From assembly GCF_006345805.1 (NCBI RefSeq), contig NC_042999.1, positions 79,918,001 through 79,982,000 of the forward strand: DNA of 64,000 bases, read 5' to 3'. A program made the translations under genes and the position numbers. Positions 1 through 13,334 of this stretch are shown here, piece after piece. The notes beneath the pieces are model-generated. The model was given only the letters and a program-made list of their open reading frames with translations, searched no databases and was not told where the DNA came from. The first letter of the stretch is position 1, and each line of letters opens with the position of its first letter. The stretch comes from Octopus sinensis (Eukaryota).

Positions 1-282
1 ATATATATATATATATATATACACACAGAAGAGGTGAAGTTGAAGAATCCCCTGGCTTTGGGTAAAAGAAAACAAGAGGATCAGTTATGATTTAATCCCA
101 CATGTTCCCCTGTCAGATTCATATTGCAGCGGTCTTTCAGTTTATCTAACCCCTTAAAAGAACTAGGAAGTTTGGGCCTCCAGCCAGGCCTTTCGCGACA
201 CCCTTGAAGCGGGGAACTTTTCAGCATCCCTTCATATATATACATATAATACATATATTTATAACATATATGCGTGTGTGTC

Positions 283-345
<63 letters not shown>

Positions 346-349
346 TATA

Positions 350-1013
350 TCAGGTCATCCCATGTTCTGTCCGAATTTTGAATAAAGAAAACAAGTGATC
401 AAATGTTATATTTAATTGAAATTTAATCATCAATGTACTTTCCCCTGATTATCTATGACTTCCTTCCATCTATTTACAAGCTTTTTAATCCCATCAATGT
501 AAGACTCTTTTGGTTTCAAAGCGAAGAATTCTGAAATGTCACTTTGGACCTCCTCCTGTCGTGCGAAAGTTATGTCCCCCAAATGATGCTGTAAACTACG
601 AAACAAATAGTTTTCTGAAGGAGCAAGGTCGGGAGAATAAGGTGGATGAGGAATTTTTCCTAACCATGCTCTTCCATCTTCTGTGATGTGATCTTTGCAG
701 TGTGGGGTCGCGCATTGTCCTGATGAAACATCACTCCTTTTCGATCCGCTAAAGCGGGTCTTTTTTTCTTCAAAGCTTGGTTCAAATGCTCTAATTGCTG
801 ACATTAGACTTGAGCATTGATTGTTGCATTAGGTGGTAACAATTCAAAGTGAATTACTCCTTTGCAATGCCACCAAATAGAGAGAAGAATCTTTTCCCAT
901 GAAGTTTCCTTCTCGGTTGGAGTTGAGCTTTTTCCCTTTAACCAAGCCACTGTTTACGACGTTTATGTTATCGTAAAAGACTCGTCTTTTATGATAACAT
1001 GGTGGACCAGGTC
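350..1013 (-). mobile_element. mariner (DD34D) transposon remnant, C-terminal transposase plus probable right end
   Basis: ORF 430..804 has PHPPYSPDLAPSENYLFRSLQHHL and GIKKLVNRWKEVIDNQG. Upstream frames give ILLSIWWHCKGVIHFELLPPNATINAQVY and FYDN. Frameshifted; ends at (TA)n. Confidence 0.9.
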
Positions 1014-1468
1014 AGTTTAAGCTACCCTACTACTATAATGTAAGCTTTTTTGAACTTATAATATTCTGTGTGTGTATATATATACAGATACAATACCAAT
1101 ATTCCACTGAACTTTTTAATAATTCCTTCTGGAAACTATCTTTAACATTTTCTTGAGAATGTATTTATATATGTTGTAATCTTTTGTGCCCAATACTTTA
1201 GTGAACTTGTTAAACTTTTTTATATTTTCCCAAGATTTCCCCTTGTAAAGTGTTCTTAACATGTTCTTGTTACCAAATAATGTATATATGTATTGTAGTA
1301 TTTTGTGACAACCAGTAATTAACACAACCAAACTTATACATGTTACTTTTGACAATCTTTTTCTGAAAAGTGAAACCAGTAAAGTAAATAAACACCTTTT
1401 AAAATTGCATTTTCAAACCTTCTTTCATATATAATTCCACTCGTGCGGTACCTTACAACTCCACTTTG

Positions 1469-1569
<101 letters not shown>

Positions 1570-1663
1570 GATTGTAAGACAACAAAAGAATGAAAGAGAC
1601 CTCGATATTATGTAAATAGAGGAATCTATCTGTAAATATATGTGACAATTATTCGGTATGCAT

Positions 1664-1724
1664 GATAAAACTCCGAGTTTTGGATGTCGGGGTGGAAACC
1701 CACGCCGCCATCTCTTCAGTTATC
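1664..1724 (-). ncRNA. degenerate hammerhead ribozyme motif in a repeat fragment
   Basis: Minus strand GATAA-CTGAAGA-GATG..long hairpin..CATC-C-AAAAC-TCGGA-GTT-TTATC. Stem I GATAA/TTATC; G12 mutated. Confidence 0.6.
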
Positions 1725-2009
1725 CGGCCATCGATTTAGAATATGCATTTGAAATTAATATGCACATATTGCTTCTATGTGCTTAATATTTGATTGAAGA
1801 CATTAATTCAAGATAGATGTTTATTTGATAACTTCATTTTCAAAAATTATGTTTAGTAGGATTCCTTTATACATAGATGACATGATTTATTATGTTATCT
1901 TTAATTTGTATGGTTTACATTTTGAAATCATTTTCAAAAACAACTCTGTGTAGAATAAAATAGAACATATTCACCTTATTCACCTTATGCAATCAAATAA
2001 GTATTCTTT

Positions 2010-2256
2010 CTCTGTTCTTCTTGCTTGTTTCAGCCAGTTGACTGCGTCCATGCTGGAGCAATGCCTTTTAGTCAAACAACTCGAACCAGTACTTATTCTT
2101 TGTAAGCCTAGTATTTATTCTATCGGTTACTTTTGCCGAACCTCTAGCTACGGAACGTAAACATACTAGCGTCGGTTGTCAAGCGATGGTGGAAGGACAA
2201 ACACAGACGTACAAATATTTACACACACACACACACCACACCATTTATATATATAT

Positions 2257-2292
<36 letters not shown>

Positions 2293-2429
2293 CGACGGAC
2301 TTCTTTCAGTTTCCGTCGGCCCGATGCCATAGTAGAAGACCACTTGTCCAAGGGGCCACGTAGGGGGACTGAACTCTGAACCATGTGGTTGGGAAGCAAG
2401 CTTCATACCATACAGCCACTCCTGCGCCT
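2010..2429 (-). mobile_element. tRNA-derived SINE, family A (internal TA/TG microsatellite, LINE-like tail)
   Basis: Head GGCGCAGGAGTGGCTGT..GGTTCAGAGTTCAGTCCC; CCTTGGACAAGTG core; tail GCTCCAGCATGG..CTGAAACAAG. Several copies in the window. Confidence 0.85.
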
Positions 2430-2699
2430 ATGTAGTAGTTTTCTTATATAACGCGATTGTATATTTTAGGATAAGTGATTTTTAAAAAGACCTCCTCCTT
2501 AGCGTTATATGCTAAAAAGCTGGCGAACAATATTGAGGAGGAGAAATGAATTGGGTTGGATGCTTGTTTTTAACTGCTGTACAATAAAATAATAATTATT
2601 TTTGTCAGCAAAACTTGATGACCTTGGTGAGTATAAAAGTATAAATATTTGTGTGTTCGCGAATGTGTGAGCGTGTATCTGTGTGCGTTTATGTGCATT

Positions 2700-2799
2700 T
2701 ATGTAGACATACATGTATCTTATATACAGACATACAGAAGCTTATACACATGTGTACGAACACAGACATATATATATAGACACACACATACACGCATAC

Positions 2800-2844
<45 letters not shown>

Positions 2845-2970
2845 TGTGTGTGTATGTATGCGTGTGTATGCATGCATTTATATGTACATATGTACATATT
2901 ACATATATGCATATATATATATGTATATATATATATGTATTATATAATATATGTATATATATATATACAC

Positions 2971-3008
<38 letters not shown>

Positions 3009-3024
3009 GCGTATATGTATATGC

Positions 3025-3075
<51 letters not shown>

Positions 3076-3205
3076 TATATATATATATATATATATTAAT
3101 ATATTATTATACATATATGTATATATATATGTATATATATATATGCGTATATGTATAACATATGTTATAATATATGTGTGTGTGTGGTGTGTGTGTGTAT
3201 GTATA
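2700..3205. repeat. compound (TA)n/(TG)n microsatellite
   Basis: Direct inspection. Confidence 0.95.
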
Positions 3206-3483
3206 CGTAATCACAATTGTGCACAACAGTGCTAGAGCACAACTTTAAGCGAAGTATTGCTGCAGAACCTTATTTGTTTAGCTACTTATATCAAGATATA
3301 GAATCAGCAATGCATAAAGTGCAATAGCCTTTATATTTGTTGATATTGTTGTTAAATCCCTGCTCGCAACAGCCATTATAGTTTTTGTACTTATTCCCTC
3401 CTGTGCTCTCACCAAAGAGGCGTTGTTTGTTTTCAACCTCAACAAACAGTTAAGAAAACCTCATTGTGGTGACTCTTTCATAC

Positions 3484-3600
3484 CTGCTCAGAAATGGTGG
3501 TGGAAGCGGTTCCTTGACTTTGTTGTTGAGGTTGTGGTGATGGTGGTGGTGGTGATGGTGGTACTGATTGTTGTTGTAGCATCTCCGCTGACGTAAGATT
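3484..3600 (-). CDS. candidate internal coding exon of an unidentified host gene (NLTSAEMLQQQSVPPSPPPPSPQPQQQSQGTASTTISEQ)
   Basis: 117 nt, phase 0-0, open frame. Acceptor GTACAG| has a weak pyrimidine tract; donor CAG|GTATGA. Gln/Pro-rich peptide; no homology recognised. Confidence 0.4.
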
Positions 3601-3704
3601 CTGTACGGCATTTTAGCGATAAGGTTCATGACAACATTTAACGACACTTGATAGACTGATAATTTCGAAAACGAGCGTTACTTTACCAGTGTCGACAATA
3701 TTAA

Positions 3705-3923
3705 TTCTTTTACTCTTTTACTTGTTTCAATCATTTTGACTGCGGCCATGCCGGAGCACCGCCTTTAGTCGAATAAATCGACCCCAGGGCTTATTCTTTG
3801 TAAGCCTAGTACTTATTCTATCGTTCTCTTTTGCCGAACCGCTAAGTTACGGTTGTCAAGCGATGTTGGGGGGACAGAGACACACAAACATATACACACA
3901 CATACATACATATATAAATATAT

Positions 3924-3974
<51 letters not shown>

Positions 3975-4159
3975 TATATGTATATATACATATATGCGAC
4001 GGGCTTCTTTCAGTTTCCGTCAACCAAATCCACTCGCAATTCTTTAGTCGGCCCGAGGCTATAGTAGAAGACACTTGCCCAAGGTACCACGCAGTGGGAC
4101 TGAACCCGGAACTATGTAGTTCGTAAGCAAGCTACTTACCACACAGCCACTCCTACGCA
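3705..4159 (-). mobile_element. SINE family A
   Basis: Full copy with head, (TA)n middle and GGCGGTGCTCCGGCATGGCCGCAGTC..GAAACAAGTAAAAGAG tail. Confidence 0.9.
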
Positions 4160-4334
4160 TATTTTCTGGGATTTTTCGGCAAATTTTGATGTGATTTCAG
4201 CTTCTAAATATCTTTGAAAGCTAAAAATATGTTTTTTACTTACAATATTGTGGTTGATCTTTAGGTTTTAAGGGGAATTTATTCATTCACTATCTAAGGA
4301 CTTTTGTATCATTTATGTGCATCTTTTAGCTTTA

Positions 4335-4525
4335 TATTTTGTGTATTTGGGGCCATGATGAACCACCACCTTAAAGGTTTTAGGCGAACGAATTGACCCC
4401 AGTGTATATGTTCAAGGTTGGTATTTATTCTATCTGTTCTTCCTGCCGAGCCGCTAAGTTACTGGGTCGTGAACTCACCAGCACCAGTTCTCAAGCGGCG
4501 GCGGGAGTGATATACACACACACAC
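4335..4525 (-). mobile_element. diverged SINE family A 3' half
   Basis: GTAACTTAGCGG..AGATAGAATAAATACC..GGGGTCAATTCGTTCG matches the family A tail region. Confidence 0.6.
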
Positions 4526-4536
4526 ACTCACAAGCA

Positions 4537-4938
4537 TATTCTTTTATTCTTTTATACGTTTCAGCCATAAGGCTGTGGACATGCTGGAGCATCACCAGTG
4601 AAATCACCTTTTCATTGGCCAATCTTATGTGATTGGGTTCTGGTGAAGGCAGAAGTTCGATACTGCTTCCCTCTTTCCTGCCTTGATATAGGTTCATCAG
4701 GGACCTTGAATAGCAGGAAGTCAAGTTGCTTCTTGAAAACATCTACCCCTACTCTATGAAGATTCCTTAGATGTTTTGGCAAGGCGTTAAATAGCTGTGG
4801 ACCCTTGAATCATGGTCTTCATTCTAGACAGGATAGCTGAGAAATTTGGAACAGTGCAGAGACGTCAATTTCGGGGGCTGGTATAGATCTTGATACCAAA
4901 GTTTGGTGCTAGCCCCTCCAGGATCTTCCATACGTATA
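4537..4938 (-). mobile_element. CR1/L2-group LINE 3' end remnant
   Basis: YVWKILEGLAPNFGI..FKGPQLFNALPKHLRNL..VDVFKKQLD..VPDEP, homologous to 36312..37034. Tail GCTCCAGCATGTCCACAGCC..GCTGAAAC. Confidence 0.85.
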
Positions 4939-4978
4939 TACTGCATACAACTCTCTCTCTCTCTCTCTCTCTCTCCTC

Positions 4979-5024
<46 letters not shown>

Positions 5025-5081
5025 TATATATAGATATATTATATAATACATATAATATATATACATACATATACACTCTAT

Positions 5082-5227
5082 TAATAAAGCTGCAAAAAAA
5101 CATCAAAAAAATGTTACTTAGAGTTTCACATTCCCGTTCGTCGGACAGTTTCTCAACCAAACTGTCCGACGACCGGGAATGTGAAACCCTGAGTAGCAGT
5201 TTTTGTAATGTCTTTGCAGCTTTATTA
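5082..5227. repeat. palindromic element with two divergently oriented hammerhead-like motifs
   Basis: Arms ~5082-5151 and ~5159-5227. Each reads AACTGT-CCGACGA-(A/C)CGGGAATGT-GAAAC-N5-GTA-(G/A)CA. Confidence 0.75.
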
Positions 5228-5318
5228 GAAAACTAGTATTCGAGTACTAGTTTTCCATCTGTTTCAAATTTATGCGCTTACTCTGGTATACATATATATA
5301 CACCATAACATATATATG

Positions 5319-5353
<35 letters not shown>

Positions 5354-5385
5354 TGCATACATACACATATATATATAAATATACA

Positions 5386-5416
<31 letters not shown>

Positions 5417-5418
5417 CA

Positions 5419-5456
<38 letters not shown>

Positions 5457-5705
5457 AAACTTGCAGAACAAACCTCTCTTTTGATTGTAAAACATACCTG
5501 AAGGCGTCTCAGTCGTTCATTATCATTTCTTTGCTATAGTTAACAAGAAAATAATAACTAGAATTTTCTTCTAAGGTTCTGCCTGACTCTGTCTCAGAGA
5601 GTATCTTCTATGAATTCTCAGATTACGATGTGGATCTTCTCATAGAAACTATATACAAAGCTAAAAGAGATGCTGCATTTACAACACTTCATTTGTTTAT
5701 AATTA

Positions 5706-6121
5706 GGCGCAGGCGTGGCTGTGTGGTAAGTAGCTTGCTTACCAACCACATGGTTCCGGATTCAGTGCCACTGCGTGGCATCTTGGGCAAGTGTCTTCTG
5801 CTATAGCCTCGGGCCGACCAATGCCTTGTGAGTGGATTTGGTAGACGGAAACAGAAAGAAGCCTGTCGTATATATGTATATATATATATATATATATGTC
5901 TGTGTATATGTTTGTGTGTCTGTGTTTGTCCCCCCACCATCTCTTGACAACCGATGCTGGTGTGTTTGCGTCTCCGTTACTTAGCGGTTCGGCAAAAAGA
6001 GACCGATAGAATAAGTACTGGGTTTACAAAGAATAAGTCCCGGGGTCGATTTGCTCGACTAAAGGTGGTGCTCCAGCATGGCCGCAGTCAAATGACTGAA
6101 ACAAGTAAAAGAGTAAAAGAG
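5706..6121 (+). mobile_element. SINE family A
   Basis: Full copy: A/B-box-like head, TA microsatellite, tail ending AAGTAAAAGAGTAAAAGA. Confidence 0.9.
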
Positions 6122-6125
6122 TATA

Positions 6126-6275
6126 GGTGCAGGCGTGGCTGTGTGGCGAGATGTTTCCTTCCCAACCACATGAATCCTGGTTCAATCACACCGCGTAGCA
6201 ACTTGGGCAAGTAGTTCTACTATAACCTCGGGCTTATGAGTAGATTGGTAGATTGAAACAAAAAGAAGCCCGTCG
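6126..6275 (+). mobile_element. SINE family A 5' half
   Basis: GGTGCAGGCGTGGCTGTGTGG..CTTGGGCAAGT..AAGAAGCCCGTCG. Confidence 0.75.
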
Positions 6276-6954
6276 TTTATATATATATAATTGCTAGCCT
6301 TGTGCCAAAATTTAAACCAATATTCATATTAGTACTCTACATTTTCATTTAAAATTTTCCTCGTGTAGCTGTACTTGATATGCATAAAAATGTTTTTTAT
6401 CTTTAATGTGTATATATACGCACACACACCGCAGAACAGAAATATCAGCTGAAAACACCCTTTCCCCTGAAGACGAGGTCTTATCACGAAATATTGAAAT
6501 ACAATGCAAAAGTATAAACCATCGACTGGTATTATTTCTCACCAGCCACCTCCGGTCTCATGGCGGCAGTTCCATCAGATGATGTCAGTTGGTCATCTTC
6601 GAACCGAAGGACGAACATTATTATTATTATTTCTTATAACTTTCATTGTTTTGGCTTAAAAACTAAAAGCGGTTCTCTACATCAGACAGTACTTCATGTA
6701 AACTTTACAAATTTATTATAGAAATGATTATGGAAATCAAAGGTGTGGGCTCATATTGAACTGGGCTTTTGTTGTGTGTCTATTTTCAGTTCCAATTGCA
6801 CGGTGCAGTTCTTTCAATTTAAATCAGCCCTAGTTCTTAGGCTAGGCCTTTGGCCAAAGGTATTTAGTCTCTTTGTATATCAGAAAATCCCTATTATTTT
6901 TTCTTCTACTGCTACAGAAACAAGAGTGACTATTATTACAAGAAGTATGACTAT

Positions 6955-7215
6955 TGACGCCGCTGTTCCTCGCCCTCCTCATCCTCCTGTTCCGCCTCAT
7001 TTTTCCTCCTCCTACTCGTTTTCTTTCTTCTTCTTCTTCTTCTTCTTATTCTTCTTCCTCCCTTCCTCCTCCCTTCCTCCTCCCTTCCTCCTCCCTTCCT
7101 CCTCCCCTCCTCTTCTCTTCTTCTTCCTTCTCCTCTTCTTCTATTCTTCTTCCCCCTTTTCTCTCCTCCTCCTCTCCTCTTCTTTTCATTTCTTCTTCCT
7201 CCTCCTCCTCCTCCA

Positions 7216-7298
<83 letters not shown>

Positions 7299-7320
7299 TA
7301 ATACAACGACAACAACCGAT
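6955..7320. repeat. compound trinucleotide microsatellite (CTT/CCT/CTA/AAT)
   Basis: Direct inspection; explains ORFs 6743..7342, 6951..7298 and 6954..7262. Confidence 0.95.
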
Positions 7321-7559
7321 GAATAAAGTTATATCACTATGAAATGCAATATGGAATGCACTAGGTATACGATTAATTTTACCTTCTGAAACAATATATC
7401 ATTTTCTAAAAGGAACTGAAGAATATTATTGCACCATACCTCTATATAAACATCATTCCTGTCTGAGAGAGAATATAAAAAAAGTAAGAAGAATTCATAA
7501 TGCAAGTTTCTCGGAATTAAGTAAATAAATCATGTGTGAGCGTGTACGTTTATATGCAT

Positions 7560-7625
<66 letters not shown>

Positions 7626-7755
7626 TATACATATATATATGCACATTTGGATACATATATACATTTAAATATATATATATATATACGCATAATATATATA
7701 TATATATATATACACACACATTATGTATCTGCGTGTGCATATCTCTATAACTCAC

Positions 7756-7791
<36 letters not shown>

Positions 7792-8096
7792 TCTCTCCCT
7801 CTCTCTCCCTATATGTTTACGTGTACACCTAAATATATTATTTATTAGCTGTAAATTACGCAGGTGAATCGAAAGCTTAAGAGTTTCATGATGCTAAGCC
7901 GTTTCTCAAGCGGAATACGGTTTCAAGCATCGAAGGCACACATATGCACACACATACACATTCTTGCATCACCAACACCACCACCCCACACACACTTATC
8001 AAGAGATTTTCAAAACCTACTTATAGATAGATGAGCTTGGATGGCAAATTCATCTTATCACATATATATACATATATGTATATATATGTGTGTGTA

Positions 8097-8149
<53 letters not shown>

Positions 8150-8188
8150 GTGTGTGTGTGTAGTGTTTGAAGTGGTGTAAAGATATTG

Positions 8189-8390
8189 TATATTGAGAAA
8201 AAGGAGACAGTCAGAATAATGGAAAATTCTTTATTAGCGTTTAAATGAACTTTTCAAGAAAAAAATTCTAGTTTTGATTATTGTTAAACCTTTATTTTGG
8301 TTTTAATGTTTTTCTTGAAGAGTTCGGTTAACGAATTAAAGCGGTAATAAAGATTATCCAAAACTGTGACTGCCTCCTTTTCTCAATATA
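8189..8390. repeat. inverted-repeat element next to (TA)n with decayed hammerhead-like core
   Basis: TATTGAGAAAAAGGAGACAGTCA..TCTTTATTAGCGTTTAA versus TTAAAGCGGTAATAAAGA..TGACTGCCTCCTTTTCTCAATA. Contains TTGAAGA-GTT..AAC-GAAT. Confidence 0.6.
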
Positions 8391-8406
8391 TATATATATA
8401 TCTATA

Positions 8407-8437
<31 letters not shown>

Positions 8438-8639
8438 CGGATTAAAGCAGATTTATACGCACAAATATCTTAATGCAAGAGTGGTAAATTTTATTAGAAT
8501 TTATATATATTGCGTATTGCAAACATTTTCTAGTAGAGAAATCAATATGTTGGTTAAAAATTTCGCCCCCAGGTAAGGAAGAAATAAAAGGCAAGAGAGA
8601 AGAATACCTTAATCAAATTTGGGAATAAGAACATCAGCT

Positions 8640-8825
8640 TCGAAGGACGGTGTAAGTCGGTTATATCGAACTCCACTGCTCAATTGGTACGTATTTTATC
8701 GACCCGTAGTGGATAAAAAACAAAGTCGACTTCGGAGCAATTTGATCTAAGAACGTTAAGACGTACGAAATACCACTAAACATTCCGTCCGGTTATCTAT
8801 CGAGTCTGCCAGCTAGCCATCCTAA
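8640..8825 (-). mobile_element. diverged MetaSINE-like SINE (family B)
   Basis: Minus strand GCTGGCAGACTCG..GTATTTCG..GTCGACTTTG..GGGTCGATAAAATACGTACC. Confidence 0.7.
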
Positions 8826-9588
8826 GAAAAAAGTGATGTTAATTTGAATATATATTTCGAACTCGCCAAAATTACAAATAAATACATGCGTACATAGTTA
8901 TATGGAGATATAGTCACGTGAACGAATACGTTATATGAAACAGTTTTGTGTACTTCTATATAACTGTATACTATAGTGGCTGCTGGTTGGTTGGTTGGTT
9001 TGTTGGTTGGTTGATAAGTTGGTTCGTTCGTTGATTGGCTGCTTGGCCTTTCGGTCAGTCGGTCGGTCGGTTGGTTGATTGTTTGGTCGATTGGTTGGCG
9101 TCTCGAGTCACGGTTTACGTGGTATAGAGTGCCCGGAGGTGGGAGAAGAAAAGTAAGCAGAAGTAACATAAGAGATGCATGATTAATGCATATGTTACAC
9201 TTGGTGGCAGACAGTAAGTAAAAGAACGGTAACGTACACACATGGTGAAAAAGAAGGAACCACGAAAACAGAGGAGGAGGAGAAGGGGTGAGTAAATGGC
9301 AGAATGAATATGGCATGAGCTATATAAATGAGAAACTTCTTTTATTTAATTTGATTTTAAGGTAATATTTTTTTCCAACAAGCAAACTAATTAAGCTATT
9401 TAGAAAATTTATATAAGAGATTAAAGTAGTAACTATATTGAGCTGCAATGTTTATCGCCGCCTCAATATTGCTGTTCCGTAGGAAGCGACATTACTACCA
9501 TTTTTAACCTCAGCAAGAATGTCCTCCAGTTGGTGATCGATGCAACCTGCGCACAATATATATTGCAAGCAAGGGAGTAAACCCTTAC

Positions 9589-9722
9589 CATCTTCTAGCA
9601 GACAACGGGACCACTAGTCCATACGGTTTCGAGCTACGGTTTCGTCCGTTACAGGCAGCAGTAATCCACCCAGCTCGCAATATACAGAAAAATATGTGAC
9701 AATCAATCACTGATCTTGCAAC
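9589..9722 (-). other. candidate 5'UTR/start exon ending in ATG
   Basis: Acceptor CTAATTTACAG|G; ends TAG-AAG-ATG|GTAAGG (in-frame stop just before the ATG, A at -3). Phase-compatible with exon 3484..3600. Confidence 0.3.
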
Positions 9723-10278
9723 CTGTAAATTAGCTTGTTAGAAAATCTGTATAAGAAACGAAGGTAGTAACTATACCGAGAAGTAATGCTTATCTGAAAG
9801 ATATATATTTGTATATGTGTGTATGTATGTGTGTGTGTATGTGTGTGTTAGAGTGTGTTAGAGTGCGTGTGTGTGTTGCTCCGGCATGGCATGACTGAAA
9901 CAAGTAAAATAATATAAATATATACACATATGCACATAGATTTGTGGTGGATGATATATATACATATGTATGTACATACACACACACGCATACACACACA
10001 TACACACACACATATATATGTTTGTATATATATATATATATATACAGACACTGAATTTTGCAGCATTGTAGACGCTGCATCTTAAATGACGTAGCCTGGT
10101 TTCGGAAATGTAAGTCTAAAAAATAAAATGTTATACTTACCAAAACTTCATTCTTTATGAATGCTTACTGCACTGCAGGCTCACTCGAAACGACTGTTAT
10201 CAAAGAAAATTAACACAATAAACCAACGGAATGCCTCTGCATTTCATTAAGCGAAATGACCGGAGCATGTCCACGTAC

Positions 10279-10473
10279 CTGATGGTTTCCTATTAGGTCT
10301 TATTGTGGTACACAACACAATTGTCCTCGCATTTGTTCCCTTGTGATTGTTCATGTGACACACACTGTGTTTGTACTGCATCACCACTGAGGACCACTCA
10401 TTAGCTACCGGTGCCCGATAACGTCTGCTACCATCCACCTCAGAAAACCGCAACAATATCTTCTCAACAAATA
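10279..10473 (-). other. candidate exon (possibly 5'UTR)
   Basis: Acceptor TGTGTCTTTCTCAG| and donor CAG|GTACGT; 195 nt of non-repetitive, GC-richer sequence. Confidence 0.3.
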
Positions 10474-10812
10474 CTGAGAAAGACACATTGTAATTTTCAT
10501 TTCACTTCACTTCATTTTGTCAGCAAATTCTAACAGAGACGCAATGATGATCTCAAATCCAAACCTTGTCGACCTTCTGCAATTGGTATCTTTTTTGAGT
10601 TACATTGTTTGCTTCAATCCGGTCAACTCCCATTCCCGAGATGATCCCTTGTTGTCCATATTCGAAAAAGACAATTTAGTCTTCTGTTGTCATATTTGGT
10701 AAAACCCAAGAAATATTAGTCTACGTTCCAATGAGGTGATTAAATTTCTAGATAGATAAATAGCTGGAGATAGATGTATATAAATGCACATACATGCGCG
10801 CGCGCACACACA

Positions 10813-10890
<78 letters not shown>

Positions 10891-10899
10891 GTATAATGA

Positions 10900-11540
10900 A
10901 GAAATAAATGGGATAATCATCTCAAACTGCACAACTAATTAGCGCTCTAATAGAGCCTCAAGAATTCAGTCTAGATTGGTCTACTTTAATGGAAACCACA
11001 CCATACAATACACACACAAGAAACTGCAAATTATGTACAAAAGAAGCTATCTATATACTCCGTGCTGACAAAATAAGAAAATATTTAACAAGATCTCGGG
11101 TGTCATTATTCTTTGTAGACATAAATATTTATCAACTTTTAAATTTTTTTCCAAAATTAATTAGATTTTATGATTTTAATCTAGTTATCCTTTATGTATT
11201 TGGATTCATCATCAATAGCTTCATAATTTATTTAAACATGTAATTTTAGCTCTTATTATATCATCTGCCTGAACAGTATGTTCCGTCACAGCATTCGATT
11301 TAAAAAAATGCTAAATTTCTCATGTTACTTACAACTTTAAGATTTAAATAACTCTTTTATAAATCTTTAGATTACCGCTTTACATTCACCATCCGTATAT
11401 TTTAATATCCACATTGATTTTAATACCGACATACAACCTCGCAAGTACATTTATGTATTTATGTATATTAATGCACATAGTGCATTCATATACATAGTGA
11501 AGAAGAACGTTGACTTTTGAAATTTGTTCTCTCTTTCTTG
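10900..11540 (+). mobile_element. Penelope-like element 3' remnant (C-terminus of GIY-YIG endonuclease plus decayed pLTR)
   Basis: LDWSTLMETTPYNTHTRNCKLCTKEAIYIL resembles LEWSIL..PF..FCGICNSE..IL of the 61-kb PLE. Decayed HHR GTGAAGA-AGAA..TTTT-GAAAT at ~11498-11523, followed by (TA)n. Confidence 0.65.
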
Positions 11541-11541
11541 G

Positions 11542-11592
<51 letters not shown>

Positions 11593-12439
11593 TGTATATA
11601 GCACAGTTTGCAATTCTTCACCAAAGTGGGAAACTATAATCGTCACTACATTACTACACTGTTGCTAGAAATAAGGGCTAAAATGCTCTAATGATGTAGT
11701 CAAAGCACATAATTGCATCAAATATACTGACAGGTTCTGCAACTGTCCGAAAGCCCCGTATATATGCATGTATGTATGTTTATGTAGGTATGCATGTATG
11801 TATCTATGTATGTATGCATGCATGTATGTATATATGTATGTAGGTATGCATGTATGTACATACTTATTAGTACACATCAATCATATATATGCTACATATT
11901 ATTTATTGTGTATGTGTGTGTGCATGAGAGAGAGAGAGGAAGGGAGAGAGCAAGAGAAGAGAGATGGTGGCTGGAAGTCTCTGATAGCATAAGATCACGA
12001 CTTCTGAAAAAGATTCAACGTGTAAATAAACTAAAGTATTTTTGGATCTTAAGAATACAAAAGAAGCTTTGGGAGGTGTTTATTTTTTGCCAAAATCTAG
12101 TATATTATTTCACTTTCATATGATATACCTTAGGGGTATATCATTATATAGAAAATATACACACACCCTAAATATTTCGCCTATGATTCAAAGCAATCTG
12201 TAATATAAAATAATGTAGGAAATATTATATGAATATGTATGTGTGTGTTTGTGTGTTTATAGGAACATACATATATTAATATATAAGCACACGCTTACAC
12301 ATACATACACATACATATATGCACATATATATACATATATATATAATCAATTTGTAAACTTATGTTAGTGTAAGTAGAATTTGTATGGCTATCTGTATGG
12401 TAATGTGTGTGGTATGTGCGTGTGGTATATTTGAGGTAT

Positions 12440-12462
12440 ATATACATATACAAAGATGAAAA

Positions 12463-12500
<38 letters not shown>

Positions 12501-12668
12501 TGTATGTATGTATATACATGTATATTTTTACAGATATATATATATATATATATATATAGGCGTATGCGGCCATATGTGGAGAATAGAGAATCTGTATCTC
12601 ATATATATGTATGTGATATACATACATACATATATATATATATATATCTATATATATATATATATCTA

Positions 12669-12706
<38 letters not shown>

Positions 12707-12728
12707 TGTATGTATATATATGTATATA

Positions 12729-12768
<40 letters not shown>

Positions 12769-13000
12769 TGTGTATATATACATATATTTATATATATGTA
12801 TGTGTGTATATATATATACATATATATATGTATATACATGTATGTGTGCGCGCGCGTGTCTGTGCACAGGGAGTAAGAAAAAGAGAGGAGAGAGGCAATG
12901 AGAAGTGCGGTGGTGGTGGTGGCTGCAGTGGTGCTGGTGGTGGCGGTGGTGGTGGTGGGGGTGTTGGTGTTGGTGGTGATTGTGGTGGTGGCGATGCCAT
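12440..13000. repeat. (TA)n compound microsatellite followed by (GGT)n
   Basis: Direct inspection. Confidence 0.95.
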
Positions 13001-13334
13001 ATACTCATAACCTAATATTACAATGATTTCTTCAGGTTACACAAATAAACGCTGAGCAATTTTTTATACATTTTCTGGTTACTTAAACTTGTACGAAGTC
13101 TTTATAGAAATACCCCATGGACCTTTGCTAGATATAATCTTGTGTCAATTTGTTTGGATTGCAGCTATTCATAACTTTTAACAAATTTACAAATAATATT
13201 AGTTTTAACAACGGCACCACTAACAACAAAAATAACAACAATAAGAAGCTTGACTGCTGCAGATACTACTGCTGCTCACACCATTACAGCTACTACAACA
13301 ACAACAAATAATAATAATAATAATAATAATGATA

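Noticed and set aside
185-232. Minus-strand CTGAAAA..GCGAAAGGCCTG HHR-like motif
   Set aside because: C3:A8 mismatch, no stem I and a non-cleavable triplet.
6460-6620. Two possible hammerheads (CTGAAGA..CGAAAT; CAGATGA..GACGAAC)
   Set aside because: Stems I and III cannot be drawn convincingly; at most decayed remnants.
10150-10210. HHR-like CTTTATGA..CGAAACGACTGTT
   Set aside because: Core and stem II are too degenerate to support a call.
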